From an uncultured Actinomycetes bacterium (GTDB taxonomy: Bacteria > Actinomycetota > Acidimicrobiia > Spongiisociales > DATADW01), in the NCBI GenBank assembly GCA_963733905.1, contig CAVTEU010000013.1, positions 157,389-221,388 of the forward strand: DNA of 64,000 nucleotides, read 5' to 3'. Numbering within the stretch: the first letter of the stretch is position 1; each line of letters starts with the position of its first letter. A model generated the notes under the pieces. It was given only the letters and a program-made list of their open reading frames with translations, did no database searches and was not told where the DNA came from. Positions 1 to 11,913 of this stretch are shown in pieces. A program made the position numbers and the translations under genes.

Positions 1-584
1 CACCAGTTGCCGGCGATGAGGGTCTGCTCGGTGCCGGCAACCACCGTGTTGGTCGGGGTGATCTGGAAACGGAAGAGCCGGCCGTCGGCCATGCAGCCGC
101 CGCGTTGCCGCGGGCAGTCGTCGCTGTAGGTGTACCCGTCGTGGACCCGGGTGTGGAGCCCGTAGACCCAGGGCTCGGCAGGGAAGTTGGGGTCGAGAGC
201 CAGCCCGAGGAACCCACGGTCGAGGTAGTCGTAGGTCGGAGTGGTACCTGGGAGCTGGATGGTCGTTGGCGTGGCGTCGTCGAGTGAGTCGAACACCTTG
301 ATCCTCCCCGCCTTCTCGGCGACGAAGACCCGGCCATCCGAACTGAACCTCACCGCGGTGGGGACATTCAGCCCCGAAAGCTCTGTCACCACCTCGAACC
401 CGGTCTGGACCGGATCGCCCAGCGTTTCCACCGGAGCAGCAGCCGTGGCACGAGAGGTCGAAGAGGACGAGGAGGGAAGCCCCATGTCGCCACCCTCCGG
501 GGCCTGCTGCAGGGTGGCCCCGGTGAGGAGCGCAACAGCGACAAGCGCGATGACCGGCGCCATCACGAACCGTTTTCTCAACAT
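1..584 (-). CDS. PQQ-dependent sugar (glucose/sorbosone) dehydrogenase-like secreted protein, N-terminal part; 3' end runs off the window
   Basis: Absent from the ORF track because there is no stop in the window. Reverse translation from the ATG at 584-582 gives MLRKRFVMAPVIALVAVALLTG (signal peptide). It continues ...VRFSSDGRVFVAEKAGRIKVFDSL...GFLGLALDPNFPAEPWVY...GCMADGRLFRFQ, colinear with the N-terminus of the 5777-11746 protein. Confidence 0.7.
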   Translation of the reverse strand, partial: MLRKRFVMAPVIALVAVALLTGATLQQAPEGGDMGLPSSSSSTSRATAAAPVETLGDPVQTGFEVVTELSGLNVPTAVRFSSDGRVFVAEKAGRIKVFDSLDDATPTTIQLPGTTPTYDYLDRGFLGLALDPNFPAEPWVYGLHTRVHDGYTYSDDCPRQRGGCMADGRLFRFQITPTNTVVAGTEQTLIAGNW

Positions 585-711
585 TCCCCGCACCTCTGAA
601 CCGGAAGTTCGACGATCTGGATGCCGCGCCCGAGCGAACGGGCATCGGCCGACGGGGCATGAGTCCCCCTCACCCCGATTATCGGCCGAATGGCGTCCGA
701 ATTGAAGCCGA

Positions 712-1702
712 TCAGTACCGATATGTCAGCGGCGCGGGCCGAGCGCTACCGGGAACCGGCGGTGGCGAGGCGCCCTGCAATGAGTCCTTGGCGTGGTAGG
801 AGGATCGCACCAATGGGCCCGACTCGACATGCGGGATCCCGATACCTTCCCCAAATTCCTTATACATGGCGAACTCATCGGGATGGACATAGCGGTGGAC
901 CGGCCGATGTCTCGCCGTGGGGCGCAGGTACTGGCCGATGGTGACGATGTCCACGCCCACCGCCCGCAGGTCGGCCAGAGCGCCGAGCACCTCTTCTGCG
1001 GTCTCCCCCATCCCCACGATCAGCCCCGACTTGACCCGGGCCGACGGTTCGATCCAGCCGGCCCGAGCCAGCAGAGCCAGCGACCGGCCATAGCTGGCGG
1101 CGGTCCTGACGTCGCGCTGCAACCGCAAGCACCGTTTCCGTGTTGTGGTTGAGGACCTCAGGGTGCTCGGCCATCACCGTCTCCAGCGCCACCCTGTCGC
1201 CTTTGAAGTCGGGGATGAGCACCTCGACGGCACACTCCGGCGAGCGGCGACGGATCTCGCGGATGGTCGAGGCGAAGATGGCCGAGCCCCCGTCATCGAG
1301 GTCATCTCGGTTGACCGAGGTGACCACGGCGTGGCTCAGACCCATCTTGCTGACCGCATCCGCCGCTCGGAATGGCTCGAAGACGTCGAGCTCGGTGGGC
1401 TTGCCGGTGGTGACGTTGCAGAAACCGCACGCTCGGGTGCACCGATCCCCGAGGATCATGAGGGTGGCGGTCCCCATCCCCCAGCACTCGAAGATGTTGG
1501 GGCAGCCGGCTTCTTCGCAAACCGTGTGCAGCTCCAGGCCGCGCATCAGCTTCTTGAGCTGGAGGTATCCGTCGTCCATCCGCGCCTTGACCTTCATCCA
1601 CTCCGGCCGCGGCGGCTCACCGGGGAGACGGCCCCCGATCAGTACCGGCTCCTCCGACCTCCGCTCCGGTGAGAAGGTGCCGGCGGCGAGAAGTCGATCC
1701 AC
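712..1702 (-). CDS. lipA: lipoyl synthase, frameshifted near 1130
   Basis: PEWMKVKARM...LHTVCEEAGCPNIFECW...ILGDRCTRACGFCNV (radical-SAM Cys clusters) in frame 875..2038. The C-terminal half (RLQRDVR...GLIVGMGET...QYLRP...VRSSYHA) is in frame 712..1128. Start is tentatively the GTG at 1702. No stop separates it from the lipB C-terminus in this frame. Confidence 0.85.
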
Positions 1703-1738
1703 CTCGAATCGGCGATCGCGACCCTGTCCCCGGGTGAA

Positions 1739-2486
1739 GGCGCCGAGCTGGACCTCGCGGCGTTCGTACCCGAACACCTCGGCGAATCGGGGGACGACCA
1801 GGTCGATCGACTTCCTCGAGCGAGACACGGCGACCGCACAGCGAGCGGAGCGAGGTGACGGGACGATCTGAGATCCCGCACGGGTGCATGTGCCCGAAGA
1901 AGCCCAGGTCGGGATCGACGTTGAGGGCGAACCCGTGCATCGAGACACCCCTCGAGACCCGGACGCCGATGGCCGCCACCTTGCCGTCTTCGGTCCACAC
2001 TCCGGTGTAACCCGGCTCGGTCCAAGCGGATACACCAAGGTCGGAGAGCGCAGCGACGAGCGCCTGCTCGATGCGGCGGACGTGGGGGACGATCTGCTTG
2101 GGGTCGGTCAGCCCGACGATCGGGTAACCGACGAGCTGGCCCGGCCCGTGGTAGGTGACATCCCCACCGCGGTCCACCCGATGCACCTCTGCGCCGAGCG
2201 ACTGCAGCGACTCCTCGGGAACGAGCAGGTTGGAGCCGTCGCCGTTGCGGCCGACCGTATAGACGTGGGGATGCTCGAGCAGCAGCAGGTAGTCATCCGG
2301 GGTGCGCCCCTCCACCCGACCCTCCCACAGACGCCCGCTGCAGGTCCCATGCCTCCAAGTAGGGAAGCCGGCCCAACCAGCGAACCCGCAGAAGAGGCTG
2401 CGCAGGCGGATCGGGCTCCGTCCCCTCCGCAGGGAGGGAAGGGGTTCGCTGCGGAGGGCGGTTAGCCGGCGCTCGGCCCCAGTCAC
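1739..2486 (-). CDS. lipB: octanoyltransferase (lipoate-protein ligase B), at least 3 frame changes
   Basis: LLLLEHPHVYTVGRNG...VDRGGDVTYHGPGQLVGYPI...KVAAIGVRVSRGVSMHGFALNV in frame 1617..2486. PYLEAWDLQR is only readable in another frame around 2340-2375. The C-terminal IDLVVPRFAEVFGY lies in the lipA frame. The 3' boundary is uncertain. Confidence 0.75.
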
Positions 2487-2548
2487 TCCCCTCCGCTCGC
2501 TGCGCTCGTCAGACGCTCCCCCTCACCGGGGAGGCAAACCATGGCTCT

Positions 2549-4119
2549 TCATGCGAGCTCTTGGGTCCAGTCCCAGGTCTGGAGGTTCTCCTTGATCCGG
2601 CCGAGGAACATCACCGCCGTGCTCCCGTCAAAGGCGCGGTGGTCCCAGCTCAACCCGAGATACCCGATGTGGCGGATAGCGATGCCGTCCTGGCCATGCT
2701 CGTCGGTGATCACGACCGGCCGCTTGGCGACGGTGTCGGTGGAGAGGATCCCCACGTTGGGGACATTGATCACCGGCGCCGACATGAACGAGCCGAAGGG
2801 TCCGGGGTTGGTGATGGTGAAGCTGGAGCCGATCACGTCGTCCGGCTCGAGCTTTCCGTTCCTCGCCTTGTCGGCGAGCTCGCGTACCCGGCGGGCGACG
2901 GCGACCAGCCGGAGCTCGTCGGCGTCGCGGATGGTGGCGACGATGAGCCCCTTCTGATCGAGGTCTATGGCGATCCCGAGGTTGATCCGGTCGTGGAACA
3001 CCGCCTTGCGCTGCTCGAGGTAGTAGGAGCTGTTGACCACCGGGAAGGCGCGCAGGGCGTCGATCGTGGCCCTGGCGATGAACGGCAGGTAGGTGAGCGA
3101 GAAGCCCTCACGCTGCTTGAACGTCTCACGGTGCTCCTGACGGACCCGCTCCACCGCCTCGAAGTCGACCTCGACCGAGGTCCACACATGAGCGGCGGTC
3201 TGCTTGGCCCGGATCATGTTCTCGCCGATGCGGACACGGAGCCGGTCGAGGTCCTCTACCCGATCGCCGGGACCGCTCGGCACCTCGCCCGTAGCGGCCG
3301 CGGGGGCCGCAGCGGGTGCCGGCGCTGCCGGTGCTGCCGCGGGCGGGTGCTGCCGGCGCCTCACCCGGTGCCGGTGCGGTGGTGATCGCCGCCGGCGCTT
3401 CGGCCGGTTCCTGCGCCAGATAGGCCTCGACGTCCTGTCGGGTGATCCGCCCCCCCTGCCCGGTCCCCGGGACCGTCGCCAGGTCGAGACCGTGCTCGCG
3501 AGCCAGTTTGCGGACAACGGGTGAGAGGACTCGGCGCATCCCGTCGCCCTCGCCACCTCCGTTCCCCCCAACCGGGTACGCCGACGGGGACGGCTCCTCG
3601 GTGGGAGGTGCTGTTGTTTCCTTCTCCCCCGCTGTCGCCTCAACATCTGCCGGGGCCTCTTCGGGAGCAGATTCCTCGGCTGCAGGCGCTTCCTCGGTGC
3701 TCGGCGGCAGGTGCTTCCTCGGTGGCAACCTCATCCTCGGCTGCCTGATCCTCGGTCCGGCCAGCCTCATCGGACACTGCCTCACCGGACGGAGCCTCTT
3801 CCGGTGCCGCCTCCGCCCCGGGAGCTTCCTCCTCGGCCGTCGGCTGCTCGGTCGTCTCCTGTCCCGAATCCGTCTCCTCGCCGGCTTCGCCGATCACCAC
3901 CATGGCGGTGCCGACTGCCACCGTCTCACCTTCGGGAACGAGGATCTCGAGGATGGTGCCCGCCGCAGGCGAAGGCACCTCGGTGTCCACCTTGTCGGTG
4001 GATATCTCCACCAGGACCTCGTCGGCGGCGACGGTGTCGCCCACCTGCTTGGCCCAGCGGAGGATGGTGCCCTCGGTGACCGTCTCTCCCAGTTGCGGCA
4101 TGCTCACGGTGGTCGCCAT
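2549..4119 (-). CDS. 2-oxoacid dehydrogenase E2 (dihydrolipoyllysine-residue acyltransferase), 2 frame changes in linkers
   Basis: Lipoyl domain [28 protein letters not shown]...[14 protein letters not shown] from the ATG at 4119 (GGAG-rich RBS). E3-binding domain [34 protein letters not shown] is in frame 3126..3785. Catalytic domain ...[17 protein letters not shown] is in frame 2549..3646. Shifts at ~3699 and ~3345. Confidence 0.9.
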
Positions 4120-4133
4120 CTCGCAGGTCTCCT

Positions 4134-5526
4134 CTACTCCTGGGTGGTGGTCAATGCAAGCCTCTGACCGCTCGCCGCCAGCAAGGACTCCCCGACGGCC
4201 TCGGACAGCGACGGATGGGCGTGGATGAAGGCTGCAGCCTCTGCGGGCAGCGCCTCCCATCCCACGATGTACATCAACTCGTGGATCATCTCACCGGCGT
4301 GGGGCCCAACCACCGAAGCGCCGACGATGGGCCCGTCGCGCTGGGCGATGATCTTGACCATCCCCTGGTTCTGGCCGATGATCTGCGCCCGCCCGACACC
4401 GACGAAGCTGTGGTTGTGGGTCTCGACCTCGATCCCGGCTTCGGCTGCCTGGGGCTCGGTGAGACCGACCTCGGCCATCTCGGGATGGGTGTAGGTGACC
4501 CGAGGGATGGCGCGGTAGTCGACCGGCTTCTCCTCACCGGTGGCGAGATGCGTCACCGCGGCGATCGCCTCGGCGAACCCGGCATGGGCCAACTGCGGCG
4601 TGCCCGCCACGATGTCACCCACGGCGTAGACGCCCGGCGCCGCCAGCATCGTCTGCGGATCGACGGTTATGAAGCCTCGGTCCGGGGTGATCCCCACCGT
4701 GTCGAGCCCGATGTTCTCGGTGACCGGACCCCTGCCCACCGCCATCAGGGCGGCGTCGGCCTCGACGGATGTTCCGCCGGCGGTCACCATCACCGACGAC
4801 TCGCCAATCTTGGGCGCCTCTACCGAGGCTCCAAGCGAGAACTTGACGCCCCGCCTGGAGAGCAGCTTCTGCAACTCCTTGGCGGCGTCGGGATCGGCGC
4901 CGGGGATGATCTGTTCCATCAGCTCGAAGACGTGGACCTCGCTGCCGAGGTCGACCAGCAGCGAGGCGAACTCACAACCGATCACCCCGGCTCCGACGAT
5001 GACAACCCGATCGGGCCTGCTGGGCCAGTCGAGGGCATGGTCGGAGCTGACGATCCGGTCCCCATCGATCTCCCACCCCGGGATCGACCGGGGGACCGAG
5101 CCGGTGGCGACGATCACGTGTCGATCCCTCGACAACCTGCTCGCCGTTCTCGCCGCTCACCACCACCTTGCCGGCGCCGTCGAGCCGCCCGGTACCCCGG
5201 ATGACCTCGACCTTGCGCTGTTTGAGCAGCCCGGCGAGGCCGCGGACCAATCGGTCAACGATGGCGTTCTTGCGTTTGAGCCCCGCCTCCCAGTCGAAGC
5301 CGGCCTCGCCGGGAAGCGTCACCCCGAATTCGGCGGCGCTCTTGACGGTGGTCATGACCTCTGCCGCCTGAAGCCAGGTCTTCGCCGGGATGCACCCACG
5401 GAGGAGACAGGTCCCACCGACCCGCTCCTCCTTCTCCACCAGTGCCACGGAGAGCCCGAAGTTGTGGGCGTACAGGGCGGCGCCGTAACCGGCAGGCCCG
5501 CCACCGATGATTACGACGTCGTGCAA
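4134..5526 (-). CDS. lpdA: dihydrolipoyl dehydrogenase (E3), frameshift near 5130
   Basis: [19 protein letters not shown]...[13 protein letters not shown] (FAD site and redox disulfide) in frame 4972..5637. [13 protein letters not shown]...AVGDIV...HAHPSLSE is in frame 4134..5135. A TTG start at 5526 is preceded by GGAGGG. Confidence 0.9.
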
Positions 5527-5616
5527 GATCCCTCCGAATCGGCTGGACGCCGAGCCTAGTGAGACCCTGGATATTGGTCTGATGCCCCGACGCTCGACGG
5601 CTACCCTCCCTGACTC

Positions 5617-5631
5617 CCCACCCAGGGTTGG
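5617..5631. promoter_or_regulatory. near-palindromic CCCACCCAGGGTTGG site in the lpdA / giant-gene divergent intergenic region
   Basis: Shares the 16-mer ACCCAGGGTTGGCAGC with the palindrome array at 23292-23310. It lies ~150 nt upstream of the 5777 start. Confidence 0.25.
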
Positions 5632-5776
5632 CAGCAACGTCCACTCTGAGCGTTCGCTAGTCGACGGAACGCCGAGGCCCGGTGGCTCAGGATGCGCTTC
5701 AAGCCACTTCGATCCGATGCCGATAGACCGACCAAGGGGTGGGGTCGAGTCTTCTCAATTGAAATGGAGCGGGGGA

Positions 5777-8700
5777 ATGTCTGTTCGCCGTGTATTGGTC
5801 TGTCTCGTCGCGCTCGCGATCGCTGTGGGCGTGCTCCCCGGGACCGCCATGGCGGCTTCGCCCACCGCCCCCTCACCCGTCGCCCCTGCCCAGGACTCCA
5901 CTCAACCCACCCGCTGACCCGCTTCGGTTGGCGGACACCGACAGCACCAGCCCATACGCCGCTCTTCGTGAGGCTCCGTCGATCGCACCGCTGGCGGTGA
6001 CGGATCCCGAGTTCGAGGAGCAATCTGCCTTCACCGGGCTCGACCTGCCCACCGTCGTCCGCTTCGCCGCGGACGGCCGTGTCTTCGTCGGGGAGAAGGG
6101 CGGGAAGGTCAAGGTGTTCGATTCGATGTCCGACACCACGGCCACCACCGTCATAGACATTTCCGCCGAGACCTACGGGTGGTGGGACCGGGGGATGCTC
6201 GGGATGGCGCTCGACCCGAACTTCCCAGCCGAGCCATGGGTCTACCTGCTCACCACGACCTACCGCGGCCGCGACTATGCCGACGACTGTCCGTACGCCA
6301 CCGACCTCGACGCCGGCTGCATGGCCGACGGGCGGGTGGTGCGCTATCAGGTGTCGCCGACCAACGTCGCCAGCAACCGTCAGGTGCTCCTCGAGGGCAA
6401 CTGGTGCCAGCAGTACCCGAGCCACTCGATCGGGACCGTCGAGTTCGGGACCGCCGGCGAGCTCTACGTCGGCGCCGGCGACGGGGCCAGCTTCAACTTC
6501 AGCGACTACGGCCAGGGTGGGGGACGAAACACCGACACCCCGAAGAACCCGTGCGGTGATCCTCCCGTTCCCGGTCGGTGGCACGCAGCAGGCGACCACC
6601 GGTCAGGGCGGCGCTCTGCGCAGCCAGGACCTCCGCACCGCGGGCGATCCGGTGAACTGGAACGGCGCCATCCTGCGGGTCGACCCGGATACCGGCCAGC
6701 CCCTTCCCAACAACCCACTCGTCGGGCAGGGAAGCGCCGACGACGACCGGGTGGTGGCCTACGGGTTGCGCAACCCATTCCGCTTCACCGTCCAGCCGGG
6801 CACCGGCGAGCTGTGGATCGGGGACGTCGGCTGGGGCACCTGGGAGGAGATAAACCGCCACCAGAACCCCACGCAGACGGTCCGCAACTTCGGCTGGCCC
6901 TGCTACGAGGGAAACGCCCGCCAGAGCGGGTATGACTCGCTCAACAACAACGTGTGCGAGACCATGTACGGCGACGCCACCGCCCACACCCCGCCGGTTC
7001 TCCCCTGGAACCACTCGAGCTCGTTGGCGGGATGCGGCGGCGGCTCGAGCTCGGTGGCCGGGCTCGCCTTCTACGAGGGCGGCAGCTACCCCGACGCCTA
7101 CGACGGGGCGCTGTTCTTCTCCGACTTCTCCCGGCAGTGCATCTGGGTGATGTACCCCGGTAGCGGTGGCGTGCCCAATCCGGCGACCGTCGAGCTTTTC
7201 GCCAGCCAGGTGGGCACTGTCGGGCTCGAGATCGGGCCAGGCGGTGACCTCTTCGCCGTCGACCACTTCGGCGGCCGGATCATCCGATACCGCTACACGG
7301 TCGACCCTGAGAACACCGCACCGGTCGCCGCAGCATCGGCCAACCCCACCTCGGGCGCCTCCCCGCTCACCGTCAACTTCAGCGGCACCGGCTCCACCGA
7401 CGCCGATGGCGATCCGCTCACCTACGACTGGGACCTCGACGGCGACGGCGCCTTCGACGACGCCTCGGGGGCGACTCCGCAGTTCACCTATGTCACGCCG
7501 GGAATCCACACCGCGACCCTTCGGGTGAGCGATGGGCGCGGCGGGACCGACACCGCACAGACGGCCATCACCGTCAACCCGGCCAGCGGGTCCGGCGACG
7601 GCTACCTGACTCTCCCCGGGACCGCCGGGGTGGACATCTCCTCAGCGCCCTCGCCCACATTCGACATCACCGGTGATCTCGACCTGCGCGCCGATGTCGC
7701 CCTGAACGACTGGGACTCACCGTCGGGCAAGTTCGTCTCCAACCTGATCACCGGCACCGGCGCCCAGGGCTACGAGCTGATGCTCAACGGAACCACCAAG
7801 GGCCTCCGACTCGCCTGGGTGGACGGGGGCGGCACGGTCCGCGTGGCCAACTCGACCGTGGCCCTACCCGTCACCGACGGACAGCGGCTCCAGATCCGCG
7901 GCGTGCTCGACGTCAACAACGGAGCGGGCGGCCACACCGTCAGCTTCTTCTACCGCACCGATACCACCCCCGACCTGGAGGCCGATACCGGTTGGACCCA
8001 GCTCGGCGGTGCGGTCAACACCGGAACCGGCACCACTTCGGTCAACCCCGGGGACCAGGAGATGGTGCTCGGGGGGCGGGTCCTCCACGACGTCGAGTTC
8101 TGGTCGGGCCGCTACTACGCGGCCTCGATCATCAGCGGGACGACCGGCAGCGGCCAGGTGCGGGCCGACCTCGACTTCGGCACCACCGGCCAACTCACCT
8201 CGACCCCACCCGACTACTCGGAGTGGACCGACACCCCGGGCAATGTTTGGAATGTCAACGGGACCGGTTGGGGATACGTCCTCGGCGCCAACCAACCGCC
8301 GACCGCGGTGCTCGGGGCCAATCCCCAGTCCGGCCCGACCCCGCTCCAGGTGAGCTTCACCGCATCGTCTTCCACCGACCCGGATGGCGATCCGCTCAGC
8401 TACGCATGGGACCTCGACGGCGACGGCCAACTCGACGACTCCACGGCTAGCGGCACCGCAGTTCACCTACGCCACACCCGGCAGCTACCCGGTGACGCTT
8501 CGGGTCAGCGACGGCCGCGGCGGGGTCGACACCGACACGGTCACCATCGACGCCACCGACGGAAACACCGCCCCCACCGCCACCATCACCACCCCCGACG
8601 GCAGCGCCCTTTGGAAGGTGGGCGACACCATCAACTTCACCGGCACCGCCTCCGATCCGAACGAGACGCTCGGTGCCTCCTCGATGAGCTGGCGGCTGGT

Positions 8701-11700
8701 GATCCACCATTGCGCCCACAACGAGCCGACCGACTGCCACCAGCACGGGATCAACGACTGGAACGGCATCGCCGGCGGCTCCTTCGTGGCTCCCGACCAC
8801 GAGTACCCGTCGCTATCTCGAGCTGTCGCTCACCGTGACGGACTCGGGCGGCAAGACCGGGACCGACTCGGTCCGCCTCGACCCTCGCACCGTCGAGCTC
8901 ACCTTCGAGAGCGCCCCGGTCGCCGGGCTCGCCCTCTCGGTGGGGGCATTCGCCGAACGGACGCCTTTCACCCGAGAGGTGATCGTCGGGTCGGCCAACT
9001 CGGTGACCGCAGTCAACCCACAGGCAAAGGAAGGCGTGGTCTACGGCTTCGACTCGTGGGCCGACGGTGGAGCCGAGAGCCGATTGATAATCGCCCCGGC
9101 CGCCGACACCACATACCGGGCCGTGTTCCAGGGAGCGCCCCAGGAGCAGGACGGATATCTCACCCTCCCCGGAGCGGCAGGGACCGACATCACCGCTCCG
9201 GCGGGACCCAACTTCGACGCCATCACCGGGACCCTCGACATCAGGGCCGATGTCGCCCTCGACAACTGGTCCACCTCCAACGCCAAGTTGATCTCGAACC
9301 TGCGGACCTCGAGCCTCGGATCGGCCGAGGGCTATGAGCTGATCCTCGACGGGACCACGCGGCAGGCTCCGCCTCGCCTGGGTCAACTCGGCAGGCACGC
9401 TCCAGACGCGCACCTCGACCGTCGCCGTCCCGGTGGCCGACGGCCAGCGGATCCAGTTGCGCGCCACGCTCGAAGCCGACAACGGTGCCGGCGGCCACAC
9501 CGTGACGTTCTTCACCAGGAGCGACGTGGAAAACGAGCTGTTCAACCACTCTGGCTGGACCGAGTTGGGCACCGCGGTCACGACCGTCGGGGATAACCAC
9601 CGTCCGGCCCGGCGACAGGGACATGGTGCTCGGCTCCCGGTTCGACCATGCCGCCGGGTTCTGGTCGGGGCGCTATTACGCGGCGATGCTGATCAACGGG
9701 ATCGGCTTCTTCGGCCAGGTGGTGGCCAACCCCGACTTCAGGACGACCGCCCAGCAGGGCACGATCCCGCCGGACTATTCCGGGTGGACCGACGGTGTCG
9801 GCAATCCCTGGACGGTGGCCGGCGACGGCTGGAGCTACACGATCGGCGGGCCAAACCGCAGCCCGGTCGCCGCGCTCACCGCCAATCCCAACCAGGGTGA
9901 GGCACCGCTGACGGTCTCGCTCGATGCAACCGGCTTCCACCGATCCCGACGGGCACTCCCTCACTTACGACTGGGACCTCAACGGCGACGGACAGTTCGG
10001 CGACGGCGACGGCATCTACGATCCAGACCACCTACCCCGCAGGTACCCACAACCCCACGGTGCGGGTGGACGACGGACATGGCGGCACGGACACCGCCTC
10101 GGTCACGGTCACCGTCACCGAGGCGCCGCCCGGAGGCGTCGGCCACATCCAACTGCCTGGCCTCGCCGGCACCAGGGTGCAGACGCCCGACACCGCCGCC
10201 CTCGACATCACCGGCGACATCGATCTGCGCGCCGATGTCGCCCTCGACAACTGGGCCACTTCCAACGCCAAGCTGGTGTCGAAGTTCCCGGGCGCCTACG
10301 AGCTCATGCTCAACGGGACCACGAGACAGCTCCGGGTCGGGTTCGCCCGCGCCGTCGGCGGGGCGCAGACGGTGAACTCGACCGTCGCCCTGCCCGTCGC
10401 CAACGGCGACCGGCTCCAGGTGCGCGCCACGATCGACATTGACACCGCGGCCAAGAACACCAAGGTCACCTTCTGGTACCGGACCGATGTCACCGCCAAC
10501 CTGACCAACTCCACCGGCTGGACCCAGCTTGGAGCGGTCGTCACCAGGAACGGCGCGGTCGCCATCGCCAACGGGGCCAACGCCCTCTCGCTGGGCGCCG
10601 GGACCCGATGGGGCTGGTCCCTGGGCGGGGGACTTCTACCAGGCCGCGGTCCTCTCCGGGATCGGGGGCACCCCAGCCGCCGCCCTCGACCTGCGGACAC
10701 CGGCACAGGCGACCGCGCCCGACTTCTCGGAATGGACGGATGGAGCCGGCCGCGCCTGGGACGTGCTCGGCACGGGCTGGGTGTACGACCCGGGGACTCC
10801 GAACACGGCGCCCAACGCCATCCTCAGCGCCAACCCCCAGTCGGGGACGGCGCCGCTCACGGTGAACTTCAACGCCTCCACCTCGACCGACCCCGACGGC
10901 GACGCTGCTCACCTTCGCCTGGGACCTCGACGGCGACGGGCAGTTCGACGACGGCAGCGGCCCACCGCCACCCACACATACGCCGAGGGCACCCACCACC
11001 CCGCGGTGGAGGTGAACGATGGGCGGGGCGGGACCGACACCGCCACCGTCACCATCGTGGTCAACGCACCGACAGGGCCGGGTGGCGTGAGGTTCAACGG
11101 CGGCGCCGGGGCAGTCATCACCACCCCTGACCGGGCCCTGCTCGACATCGCCGGCGACCTCGACATCCGCGCCGACGTGGCGCTGGACGACTGGAACGAC
11201 GACGGGGCACGCCTCGTCTCGAAGGGGACCGCCTACGAGCTGTCTCTCAACGGCACCACCGGCGGGTTGCGTTTCGCCTGGACCCGACGCAACGGGTCGC
11301 CGTCGGCGGTCACCTCCACGGTCCCGCTACCCGTCGCCGACGGGGGTCGGATCCAGGTGCGGGTCACCTTCGACGGGGTCACCCCCCCGCCGAGGTTGAG
11401 CGCGGTCACCTTCTGGTACCGGACGGCAACCTCCACCGAGCTCTCCTCCAACAGCGGGTGGACCCAGCTCGGGTCGGTGGTCACCGCCGCCCAAACCGGA
11501 CAGCTGGCGGTCAACGCCACTGCCCTGGCCCTCGGGGCGACACCCGACGGCACCTCCGGCAACTGGGCGGGTGAGTACCACGCCGCCCTGGTCCTCTCCG
11601 GGATCGCCGGGACCGCCGTGGCCTCACCCGACTTCCGCGACCTCGACCAGCTGACCAGCACCCCACCCGACTACTCGCGCTGGACCGACCCCAACGCCAA

Positions 11701-11746
11701 CGCCTGGACCATCACCGGTTCCGGCTGGGGGTACGTGGCGGGATAG
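5777..11746 (+). CDS. giant secreted modular protein: PQQ-type sugar dehydrogenase beta-propeller plus PKD-like and four LamG/ConA-like modules; at least 11 frame changes
   Basis: Signal peptide MSVRRVLVCLVALAIAVGVLPGTAMA. Propeller motifs are DGRVFVGEKGGKVKVF, GMLGMALDPNF, HSIGTVEFGTAGELYVGAGDG, GAILRVDPDTG, YGLRNPFRFT and GELWIGDVGWGTWEEIN. PKD-like units read PLTVNFSGTGSTDADGDPLTYDWDLDGDG... LamG-like units read GYLTLPG...LDITGDLDLRADVALNDW...YELMLNGTT... Frame changes at ~5905, 6565, 8445, 8808, 9360, 9590, 9935, 10020, 10600, 10903 and 10965. Stop at 11744-11746. Confidence 0.8.
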
Positions 11747-11757
11747 CAACCGATCTC

Positions 11758-11775
11758 CTCCCCCGCCGGGGGGAG
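11758..11775 (+). terminator. GC-rich hairpin after the giant gene
   Basis: CTCCCCC-GCCG-GGGGGAG (7-bp stem, 4-nt loop), 12 nt after the stop. No T-tract. Confidence 0.4.
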
Positions 11776-11883
11776 TACCCGCGCCGGAGCGGCGGGGAGG
11801 GGGGCTGGCTCACTCCCAAGGTGCGAACCGCGTGTCGCACCGTTGGGAGCTCGCAGCCCCCCTACCCGCTCCTCCGCAGCGGG

Positions 11884-11903
11884 GTCCTCCCCCCGCGGGG
11901 GAC
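11884..11903 (-). terminator. GC-rich hairpin after the phosphorylase gene
   Basis: GTCCTCCCCCCGCGGGGGAC is an imperfect inverted repeat lying 10 nt beyond the stop at 11914. Confidence 0.35.
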
Positions 11904-11913
11904 AGAGAGTGAC

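Noticed and set aside
3290-3360. GC-rich GCNGCN repeats in the E2 gene.
   Set aside because: They encode the Ala/Pro-rich inter-domain linkers typical of E2 proteins.
5617-5635. A 16-nt identity with 23295-23310 taken as proof of a shared regulatory site.
   Set aside because: A single 16-mer match in 64 kb of GC-biased DNA could arise by chance. It is kept only as a low-confidence feature and a supporting note.
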